IMG/VR virus record: IMGVR_UViG_2693429656_000025
Direction: 5' to 3' (one strand)
Source of the DNA: a virus
Lineage: Duplodnaviria > Heunggongvirae > Uroviricota > Caudoviricetes
Length of the DNA: 5,403 nucleotides
The translations under genes were made by a program, and so were the position numbers. A model generated the notes under the pieces. That model was not told the origin of the DNA. It was given only the letters and a program-made list of their open reading frames with translations, and searched no databases. Position 1 is the first letter of the stretch; each line of letters starts with the position of its first letter. Shown here in pieces: positions 1 to 5,403 of this stretch.

Positions 1-474
1 ATGTACAGTCCGGTACAAATAGCCAATAAATTCATAACGTTGGGAAACCAACATCATAATCCTCTGACCCACATGCAACTGCAGAAGCTTACTTATATTG
101 CCCATGGTTACTATTTAGCATTAACAGGTAAGCCTTTGCTCAATGAATGTGTCTCCGCGTGGAAGTACGGTCCAGTTATTCCTGGAATGTACGATGCTTT
201 CAAAGACTATGGGAATAAACCTGTTACGAATGTAGCAGTAGCTCCTTTTGGTGGCATCGTTACTATGGATCCGCAAGCAGAGAGCATTATCGGGGCTGTT
301 TATAAGTTTTACGGCTCGAAAAATGGAATTGAGTTATCAACTCTAACTCATATGCCAGGTACGCCTTGGTCACAAGCTTATAATGGTATTGGCTCGTCAA
401 TCATCTCAAATGATGCGATCAAGGCTTATTATCATGATTTATTGAATAACCGACAGCAATGTCAGGGCCTCTGA
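1..474 (+). CDS. Panacea-domain (DUF4065 / COG3600 GepA-like) protein; candidate PanA-type antitoxin
   Basis: 157-aa ORF beginning at window position 1 with ATG (true start could lie upstream of the window). The translation carries the pattern I associate with DUF4065/Panacea: 'MQLQKLTYIAHGYYLALTGKPLLNECVSAWKYGPVIPGMYDAFKDYG'. Stop TGA at 472-474, 22 nt before the next gene. Family assignment is by motif recall, not a search. Confidence 0.75.
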   Translation: MYSPVQIANKFITLGNQHHNPLTHMQLQKLTYIAHGYYLALTGKPLLNECVSAWKYGPVIPGMYDAFKDYGNKPVTNVAVAPFGGIVTMDPQAESIIGAVYKFYGSKNGIELSTLTHMPGTPWSQAYNGIGSSIISNDAIKAYYHDLLNNRQQCQGL

Positions 475-485
475 AAAAGTAATAT

Positions 486-490
486 TCAGG
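486..490 (+). promoter_or_regulatory. Ribosome-binding site (AGGGA) for the 497..1045 CDS
   Basis: AGGGA lies 6 nt upstream of the ATG at 497. Confidence 0.45.
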
Positions 491-496
491 GATGAC

Positions 497-1045
497 ATGT
501 CTCACAATTCAGATATCTATAAACTTATCGGAGCGGCCGCAGGTGTTGAAAATGGTCGCTCTGAAGCATCCTTAAACTCTACTGACAGTCAAGAACAGGT
601 TTTTAAATCTGCATTTGAGCCGTCTAATCATGAGAGCGACGATGATTCTTCTTCAGAAAATAAAGCTATTCTGGAGGCAGAAGAGTTTGGTTCTAATACT
701 GGTGCATTGCATGAGTTTATGCAGCAGAACAGAATGGACAGTCTTCAAGCTCAGCTTGATATGCTCAAATCACAAGTACGGGATAAGATAGCTGACGCAA
801 CTGGTAAAGAAATAGACAATGAGCTTCGGACAAAAATGGCCTCATTCACGGTTTGGTTTATGTCGTGTTGGTGCTTATTCGTTGTCGCAATGTTTACATC
901 GTTTCTTATTGCACATGAAGGAAAGCCTCCAGTTGAAGCGATCGTTGCATTACTAGGTACAAGTACAATTAGTATTGTTGGTTTGGTTGGTTTCGTTGTT
1001 AGTGGATTGTTCAAATCAAGAAAAGATAGTGATAAAGAAAAATAA
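497..1045 (+). CDS. Small membrane protein: acidic Ser/Asp-rich N-terminus, predicted coiled coil, two C-terminal transmembrane helices; candidate toxin/effector partner of the upstream Panacea protein
   Basis: 182-aa ORF with ATG at 497 and RBS AGGGA upstream. Low-complexity acidic stretch 'SNHESDDDSSSENKAILEAEEF', heptad-like segment 'LQAQLDMLKSQVRDKIADATGKEIDNELRTKMAS', then two hydrophobic spans 'FTVWFMSCWCLFVVAMFTSFLIAH' and 'IVALLGTSTISIVGLVGFVVSGLF' separated by 'EGKPPVEA', and a basic tail 'KSRKDSDKEK'. Stop TAA at 1043-1045. No family recognised. Confidence 0.6.
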   Translation: MSHNSDIYKLIGAAAGVENGRSEASLNSTDSQEQVFKSAFEPSNHESDDDSSSENKAILEAEEFGSNTGALHEFMQQNRMDSLQAQLDMLKSQVRDKIADATGKEIDNELRTKMASFTVWFMSCWCLFVVAMFTSFLIAHEGKPPVEAIVALLGTSTISIVGLVGFVVSGLFKSRKDSDKEK

Positions 1046-1064
1046 CCCGTACATATACGGGTTA
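1043..1064. terminator. Bidirectional intrinsic terminator between convergent genes
   Basis: Inverted repeat AACCCGTA / TACGGGTT (1044-1051 and 1056-1063) with a 4-nt loop CATA. T-rich sequence follows on the plus strand (TCCATAGTTTTAGTTT...). On the minus strand the hairpin is followed by TTATTTTTCTTTATC. It sits between the TAA of the 497..1045 gene and the stop of the minus-strand 1079..1351 gene. Confidence 0.5.
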
Positions 1065-1078
1065 TCCATAGTTTTAGT

Positions 1079-1351
1079 TTAGTTATATTTTTGTTTTTCC
1101 GTTCTGACTTTTTCCCACTCAGCACGCCCTTCTTCTCGCCTTTTGTCTATGTATTCCGCAAGATCCTGAATATTGATGCAACGTTTTGCTTTTTGTGATG
1201 TGCCGATGCGATATGTTGGAACGGGCAACTTACAAGCGTTTGCTTTTGCTTCTGCCGTGGCTGGACTCATGCCAAAGTACTTTTGGCTAACTGCTGAGAG
1301 TTCAATGTTTGGGGTATTGAATTCAGCCATCAGTAAAAACAAGGTGTTCAT
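1079..1351 (-). CDS. PrtN-family / excisionase-like small DNA-binding protein (putative recombination directionality factor)
   Basis: The ORF track gives 1079..1378 from a GTG. An in-frame ATG at 1351 has a strong RBS (GGAGAAAA, about 5 nt upstream) and yields a 90-aa product starting 'MNTLFLLMAEF...', which resembles the N-terminus of pyocin-activator PrtN-like prophage proteins as I recall them. Position at the distal end of the operon fits an Xis-like role. Start choice and function are not certain. Confidence 0.55.
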   Translation of the reverse strand: MNTLFLLMAEFNTPNIELSAVSQKYFGMSPATAEAKANACKLPVPTYRIGTSQKAKRCINIQDLAEYIDKRREEGRAEWEKVRTEKQKYN

Positions 1352-1387
1352 AATTTTCTCCATCAAAACCGGCTGCACCCGGGAAAA

Positions 1388-1959
1388 TCATAATTCTGTG
1401 CTGGTGGCAGGAATTAATTTCTGCCAGATAGCGGAAACATATTTTGCCTGATGACGGGCATCAGCCAGGGCGTTGTGCCGTTCGCCATCGAAAGGCATGT
1501 CCATTTTGGGGTCGAATCCGATGGAACGCCCAAGCGTAACGATCGTGCGTACATCGTGGTCATTCCAGTACGCCCACGGGCAGATTTGTCCTGCTCGCTC
1601 GTAAGCTCCACGTAAAATTACGTTGTCGAAGGTGGCCCCGTTACCCCAGACTTTTAAATATTTTATATTGTCTGTATGCTGATTAATGAAATGACTCAAT
1701 TCAGAGAGTGCATCGCTGATCGATAAAGTATCATCAATACAGATTGCAGTTCGTGCTTCAGGGCTCTGTTTCAACCACCACAGGAGGTATCGCCGTCAGG
1801 TGTAGCTCCTTGCTTCATAGCACTGTCTAGGCTGACAACCGCATAGAATTCTTGTCCGATGTCACCGGTTTCTGGGGTAAAGAACACCGCGCCAATGGAA
1901 ACGATCGGTGCATCCTTATTTTTCCCCATCGTCTCAAGGTCGATCATTAAGTTGTTCAT
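1388..1959 (-). pseudogene. DnaQ-like 3'-5' exonuclease (DEDD fold) interrupted by a frameshift; two ORF fragments
   Basis: N-terminal fragment (1771..1959, ATG at 1957-1959) carries an Exo I-like motif 'MIDLETMG' and ends '...PDGDTSCGG*'. C-terminal fragment (1388..1774) carries Exo II/III-like motifs 'WGNGATFDNVIL' and 'HNALADARHQAKY'. The two frames overlap only between about 1773 and 1798. Shifting frame there gives a continuous '...PDGDT..LWWLKQSPEAR...'. This is a single-base indel or a sequencing error. RBS AGAGGTGA lies upstream of the ATG at 1959. Confidence 0.7.
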
Positions 1960-2768
1960 CACTTCACCTCTTGTGATGGTTTTGCTGCAAAATACTCGAT
2001 ACCTTTATCCCAGATAGATTTTATGGTCGACCACGTGACTGGCACTTTAATTTCAATACGTCCGCTCCCGTCACAGGTATCGCAATCATCATCGCCAAAG
2101 CATTCCAGGCAGCTTATAAACGTAGTTTCTGAAAATTCACCGGATAGCACCCCCTTAACGCCGTTCTCGGCTGTTAGTCTCTTCGGCACCATAACCCAAC
2201 CATCCGGAGTTACCGGAGAGTTGCCAGACAGTGCGTTCTGCAATCGTTCCAGCTTAACGTATTCCTGAACCCTGTTTCCGTCGCACGCCTGAAGCCATTG
2301 CACAGCCTTTTGCGCATCAGTGTGAAAGGTACAAGTGCGACCGTCATCAAATTGCATTTCGTAGAGGTCAGCAACCTGTTTAAACTGCGTTTGTGGCAAC
2401 TTGTAAGCCTGGCTTGCAGGTACGGCACCATAGAGCATGGCAGCTCGGCAGGCGTTCCAGCCTTCATCAAAACCGACTATGCCATTATTTAAAGATGGAC
2501 GAGCATCTGGCACCACCGGCACTGGCTTGGCTATATATAGCGGCTGAACATACCAGCCCTTCGATAACCAACTGTCAGCAATGTTTTTACTCCTCGTTAT
2601 TGCCGGAATACCTAAGCCATTGTCTGAATGCAGCCATGCCACCGGATCCGCTTCCAGCGATGCCAATGCAATTTCATAAGCCCGGCGCTCAATATTGTCT
2701 CGCACATCTAGGCTGCTTATGCGCTCTTTGATTTCTTTAATCAGTTCTTTGTCGGTAAAAGTGGTCAT
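1959..2768 (-). CDS. Prophage hypothetical protein, possibly ead/Ea22-like, with C-terminal CxxC-x5-CxxC zinc-knuckle-like motif
   Basis: 269-aa ORF with ATG at 2768 overlapping the upstream stop (ATGA). Its stop TGA overlaps the exonuclease ATG (TGATG at 1957-1961). Contains 'CLECFGDDDCDTCDGSGR' near the C-terminus. The Ea22-like assignment is tentative recall of '...PVAW...QPLY...' segments. Confidence 0.55.
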   Translation of the reverse strand: MTTFTDKELIKEIKERISSLDVRDNIERRAYEIALASLEADPVAWLHSDNGLGIPAITRSKNIADSWLSKGWYVQPLYIAKPVPVVPDARPSLNNGIVGFDEGWNACRAAMLYGAVPASQAYKLPQTQFKQVADLYEMQFDDGRTCTFHTDAQKAVQWLQACDGNRVQEYVKLERLQNALSGNSPVTPDGWVMVPKRLTAENGVKGVLSGEFSETTFISCLECFGDDDCDTCDGSGRIEIKVPVTWSTIKSIWDKGIEYFAAKPSQEVK

Positions 2769-3241
2769 AATTGGTCATTCTCCGCTTTGGCTGTGCGTTC
2801 GGCTTTTTCGCGTTTATGGCTCTCATAAAACCATCGGTGAAGCTCCGTTAACTCTTTATCAATAGGCTCATATTCACGGTCAAAATATGCCTGAGCATTT
2901 TTTTCATCTTCGCTAGGTAATTCGCCTGGTCCAAACAAAGTGTTATAAATCCACATCAGTGCATTTTCTGCATTACCCGTTTCTCTCCATTCAATAATTG
3001 CAGCCTGCATAACCAGAATGTTTTTGCCAAAGAACAGATCGAGTTCTTTAAATCGCTTCCGAATATATTCGTTCTCGTCTTCAAGAGCTGCGAGGCGTTT
3101 GTCTTTGCCTTGCATTTCGTCCAGCATCGCTTTTGCGGAAATATAAAGTTCCTGCTTTTTACGATCAGCAGGATCGCTGTAATGGTCCTGCATGTACTGA
3201 AATTCTTCATGCAGTGCCTGATAGTTAATTTCGGTTGTCAT
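2765..3241 (-). CDS. Prophage hypothetical protein (158 aa), charged and probably alpha-helical
   Basis: ORF with ATG at 3241 overlapping the stop of the upstream PP-loop gene (ATGA at 3238-3241). Its stop overlaps the next start (ATGA at 2765-2768). No family recognised. Codon usage is continuous with its neighbours. Confidence 0.55.
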   Translation of the reverse strand: MTTEINYQALHEEFQYMQDHYSDPADRKKQELYISAKAMLDEMQGKDKRLAALEDENEYIRKRFKELDLFFGKNILVMQAAIIEWRETGNAENALMWIYNTLFGPGELPSEDEKNAQAYFDREYEPIDKELTELHRWFYESHKREKAERTAKAENDQL

Positions 3242-4116
3242 GCCACTATCTCTTCGAATTTCAACTCCAATTGATCACCCCAGATTTCACATGATTCAGG
3301 ACACGAACCAGTATCAAATCGCCTGGCCTGCACCATTGCCTGATACAAATTTCTGTAGTCGCTGTCTGCATACATTCTGGCAATCCCGTCAAGCGTCAGG
3401 TGACCACGGTACATAACGTCTTTACCTGTCCCGCGATGACCATCTCTGACGTGTTTACCCGTAACCAGTTCATTAAAAACTCGCATCAGACCAGGTTCGT
3501 CTTTACATGCAAGCCCTAGCTTTTGCGTTGACTTTTTGATGCAAAAAACACAGTTCCCTAGGTGCTCTGGGATTTGCAAATCAAAAGGTTGTTTACGCCA
3601 CCACCGGATAACATCCGACTTATCAAAATCAGACAGCTCGGCGAGATACCTGACGCCCGATTTCGGTTTCAGTCTGCGGGGTTCGTCTGCACGAATACCC
3701 AGCCATGTGATGTAATTCCCTCTCCCGAAATGGTCATCGCAGTATTTGGTGAAGGGGACGAGTTTTAATCTGTCAGTGCAGAACGCGCCGCCGATGTATG
3801 GCGTGCCATATTTTTTAACCATATCCATAAACGGCTTGAGCACCGGCATTCGTGTTTGAATATCCTTTGGTTCCCATACCGTATAACCATTTGGCTGCCC
3901 AAGCTCTGGATTTATATCGACCTGCAACACAGTTAGCGGTATGCCCCAGAACTTCACAACCTCCCGAATAAAGCGGTATGTCAGCGGATGTTCGCAACCG
4001 GTATCCATAAAGATGTAGCAGACGTTATTGCCAGCCTTTCTTTGTTCTTCCATCAGGTGAACAAGATATGCAGATGTTCTCCCGCCAGAAAAACTAACTA
4101 CATGAGTTATGCACAT
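3238..4116 (-). CDS. Phosphoadenosine phosphosulfate (PAPS) reductase family protein / PP-loop ATP pyrophosphatase
   Basis: 292-aa ORF. N-terminal 'HVVSFSGGRTSAYL' matches the PP-loop SGGxxS signature of the PAPS reductase / DndC-like superfamily. The ATG at 4114-4116 overlaps the 3' end of the upstream HD gene by 10 nt. Confidence 0.8.
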   Translation of the reverse strand: MCITHVVSFSGGRTSAYLVHLMEEQRKAGNNVCYIFMDTGCEHPLTYRFIREVVKFWGIPLTVLQVDINPELGQPNGYTVWEPKDIQTRMPVLKPFMDMVKKYGTPYIGGAFCTDRLKLVPFTKYCDDHFGRGNYITWLGIRADEPRRLKPKSGVRYLAELSDFDKSDVIRWWRKQPFDLQIPEHLGNCVFCIKKSTQKLGLACKDEPGLMRVFNELVTGKHVRDGHRGTGKDVMYRGHLTLDGIARMYADSDYRNLYQAMVQARRFDTGSCPESCEIWGDQLELKFEEIVA

Positions 4117-4643
4117 TTGCGTAATTCCGATAACTCGTTGAAGCGTTCTATAAACATCCCGTAGGCATGGCCCGGTGCCAGTGGAATCACGTTGAACATC
4201 TCTGTTGCCGGGATGCCTTCCAGTACAGGCCAGAAAGAGCCATCATCAAGCCCGAGATCGCGGCGTTCGGTTGCCAGCATGATGAGATCGGCATATTTCA
4301 CTGGCGTGCTCATAACAGGAGGTAACCCGTATTTCTCACGGATTACGGCATCTATTTTTTCTTCCATCCGTTTATAGTCAGGAAGAAGGCGTTTCAGTGG
4401 AGCGGGAATATCCTGGCAATACGCTTCTGTTGCATCATGCATTAACGCTTCAAAAGCAAATTCCTGCGGCACCAGCTGGCTGCAAAGCACCGCATGTTGG
4501 GCGACACTGTAGAAGTGAGAAAGATGACCTGCAAAGCGGCAGATATTTGAAAGGGAAACCGCGATATCGTTAATCACGATGTCGTCTTTATTTATCCTGT
4601 CATAATAAAAATGCTTCCCGGAAAAAGTTTTAATAAATGACAT
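4107..4643 (-). CDS. yfdR: HD-domain phosphohydrolase (YfbR/YfdR-like 5'-deoxynucleotidase family)
   Basis: The ORF track starts at GTG 4670, but the ATG at 4641-4643 has RBS GGAGA 7 nt upstream and gives 'MSFIKTFSGKHFYY...', 178 aa, the size I recall for CPS-53 YfdR. HD signature: 'VAQHAV' (His) and 'MHDATEAY' (HD...E). Stop TAA at 4107-4109. Confidence 0.8.
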   Translation of the reverse strand: MSFIKTFSGKHFYYDRINKDDIVINDIAVSLSNICRFAGHLSHFYSVAQHAVLCSQLVPQEFAFEALMHDATEAYCQDIPAPLKRLLPDYKRMEEKIDAVIREKYGLPPVMSTPVKYADLIMLATERRDLGLDDGSFWPVLEGIPATEMFNVIPLAPGHAYGMFIERFNELSELRKCA

Positions 4644-4648
4644 TTTGT

Positions 4649-4653
4649 TCTCC
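4649..4653 (-). promoter_or_regulatory. Ribosome-binding site (GGAGA) for the HD phosphohydrolase gene
   Basis: The minus strand reads GTGGAGAACAAAATG; GGAGA is 7 nt upstream of the ATG at 4643. Confidence 0.45.
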
Positions 4654-4736
4654 ACGTATATGCGCTGCACCGCGCTGAGTTTGGGTAAAAGGAAGCCCTC
4701 ACCATCCGGTGATTATTGAGTTAATTACGTTTCCAT

Positions 4737-4758
4737 AAATGCCCCCGCAGGGGCATTT
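4737..4758 (-). terminator. Perfect hairpin, putative intrinsic terminator or attenuator downstream of the yfdQ-like gene
   Basis: AAATGCCCC-CGCA-GGGGCATTT: 9-bp GC-rich stem with a 4-nt loop, 13 nt downstream of the TGA at 4771-4773 of the minus-strand gene. On the minus strand the stem is followed by ATTTAT, a weak U-tract. Confidence 0.45.
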
Positions 4759-4770
4759 GCAGTAATGAAA

Positions 4771-5403
4771 TCAGGCGGTGAAAGTACCAATAAAGGTTTC
4801 TACTTTGCTGTCTTTGAATTTCTCAACAAGCAGATCACGAAATTCGTTAGCCATATCTTCCTGCACCGCTTCCAGCTGAATAATGCGCAGAACCAGTACA
4901 GGACGATCGCCAGTGATAATGCTGAGGCGTAATTTAAACGGACGTTCTTTCAGACCTTCAAACGGAACGCATTTAAATTCAAATGCCACTGGCATAATGT
5001 CTTTGGTCTTCGCTTCGACAGATTCCATCAGGGAGCGTTTGCCGCTGAAGTCATTATCTTCAAAATCAGCGGTCTGGTTTGCTTCAATCGTGATTTTACG
5101 GACTGCCGCAGCCGCTTTTGTTGCCTGAATAGCGTCACCATTAGCATCAAAGCCCACAAGGTAGTCGGCCCAGTCTTCAATCCATTCTGCCAGTGACTTC
5201 TGGGAGTTACGCTCGCCGTTAACAGACAACAGGGCAGAGAACGGTGCTGTCTTTTTCAGTTTGAGAGTGGCGGTGTTATCTGCGTGACCTGGTTCATCAA
5301 TAGTACCCAGGTTAAGTACACTGACGGCACGCATATTATCAGCATCGATAAAGCAGCGGGTGCCTTCATCTGCAAGATCTTTAGAATAACGGGTAAAGTC
5401 ATC
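4771..5403 (-). CDS. yfdQ: Prophage protein, 3' portion only (reading frame open to the window edge); YfdQ-like (DUF2303) by context
   Basis: The reading frame stays open from 5403 down to the TGA at 4771-4773; the track's Met at 5334 is internal, with in-frame upstream sequence '...[23 protein letters not shown]'. It lies immediately upstream of the YfdR-like gene, as yfdQ does in CPS-53. The DUF2303 assignment is contextual, not motif-based. Confidence 0.6.
   Translation of the reverse strand, partial: DDFTRYSKDLADEGTRCFIDADNMRAVSVLNLGTIDEPGHADNTATLKLKKTAPFSALLSVNGERNSQKSLAEWIEDWADYLVGFDANGDAIQATKAAAAVRKITIEANQTADFEDNDFSGKRSLMESVEAKTKDIMPVAFEFKCVPFEGLKERPFKLRLSIITGDRPVLVLRIIQLEAVQEDMANEFRDLLVEKFKDSKVETFIGTFTA

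Noticed and set aside
1066-1100. Short iterated AGTTT/AGTTA units (gttttagtttagttatatttttg) as a possible repeat or binding-site array
   Set aside because: There are only 2-3 imperfect copies within a T-rich terminator tail, which is more simply explained as the U-tract and low-complexity AT sequence.
751-1125. 124-aa minus-strand ORF antisense to the membrane-protein gene
   Set aside because: It lies entirely within or overlaps the better-supported plus-strand CDS and spans the terminator hairpin. The translation is low-complexity with no recognisable motif or RBS, so it is likely a spurious antisense ORF.
1173-1451. 92-aa plus-strand ORF overlapping the PrtN-like and exonuclease genes
   Set aside because: It is antisense to two minus-strand genes that have motif and RBS support, so it is treated as a shadow ORF.
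1414-1611. 65-aa minus-strand ORF in an alternative frame inside the exonuclease C-terminal fragment
   Set aside because: It overlaps the exonuclease frame that carries the Exo II/III-like motifs and has no independent support.
1771-1800. Programmed ribosomal frameshift as the explanation for the split exonuclease
   Set aside because: No slippery heptanucleotide (X XXY YYZ type) or obvious downstream stimulatory structure is visible at the frame junction. A simple indel or sequencing error is more parsimonious.
2023-2731. Several ORFs (2023..2268 +, 2210..2470 -, 2298..2492 +, 2393..2731 +) overlapping the 269-aa minus-strand gene
   Set aside because: They all sit inside the longer 1959..2768 CDS, which is part of the coupled operon. 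They are Ser/Pro/Leu/Arg-rich, as expected for off-frame translation of moderately GC-rich coding DNA.
2956-3210. 84-aa minus-strand ORF in an alternative frame within the 158-aa gene
   Set aside because: It is nested in the 2765..3241 CDS in another frame, with no RBS or motif support.
3562-3997. ORFs 3562..3768 (+) and 3815..3997 (-) inside the PAPS-reductase-family gene
   Set aside because: They are nested within or antisense to a CDS with a clear PP-loop motif, so they are spurious.
4192-4377. 61-aa plus-strand ORF antisense to the HD gene
   Set aside because: It is antisense to the well-supported HD-domain CDS, and its Ser/Arg-rich translation is typical of shadow frames.
4883-5128. 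81-aa plus-strand ORF antisense to the yfdQ-like gene
   Set aside because: It is antisense to a long open frame that continues to the window edge, and it has no RBS or motif.
1-5403. CRISPR array, tRNA/attachment site, or IS/transposase in the window
   Set aside because: I found no regularly spaced direct repeats, no cloverleaf-compatible tRNA-like segment, and no transposase-like ORF or terminal inverted repeats on visual inspection. Integrase and att are presumably outside the window.

Overview
The window reads as part of an enterobacterial lambdoid prophage of the CPS-53/KplE1 type, with two oppositely oriented modules. On the minus strand, 5403 down to 1079 is one tightly packed operon joined by overlapping stop/start codons: a partial YfdQ-like gene, an HD-domain phosphohydrolase (YfdR-like, 178 aa), a PAPS-reductase-family PP-loop enzyme, two hypothetical proteins (one possibly Ea22-like with a CxxC-x5-CxxC knuckle), a DnaQ-like 3'-5' exonuclease split by a frameshift, and a PrtN/excisionase-like small DNA-binding protein. 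On the plus strand, 1..1045 is a more AT-rich two-gene module: a Panacea-domain (DUF4065) protein followed by a 182-aa protein with two C-terminal transmembrane helices. The two modules converge on a hairpin terminator at 1043-1064. The best candidate for an undescribed system is the Panacea + membrane-protein pair, a putative PanA/PanT-type toxin-antitoxin or abortive-infection module. A second candidate is the coupled HD hydrolase + PP-loop enzyme pair. No rRNA, tRNA, CRISPR array or IS element was recognised. All family assignments are from motif reading and memory, not from searches.
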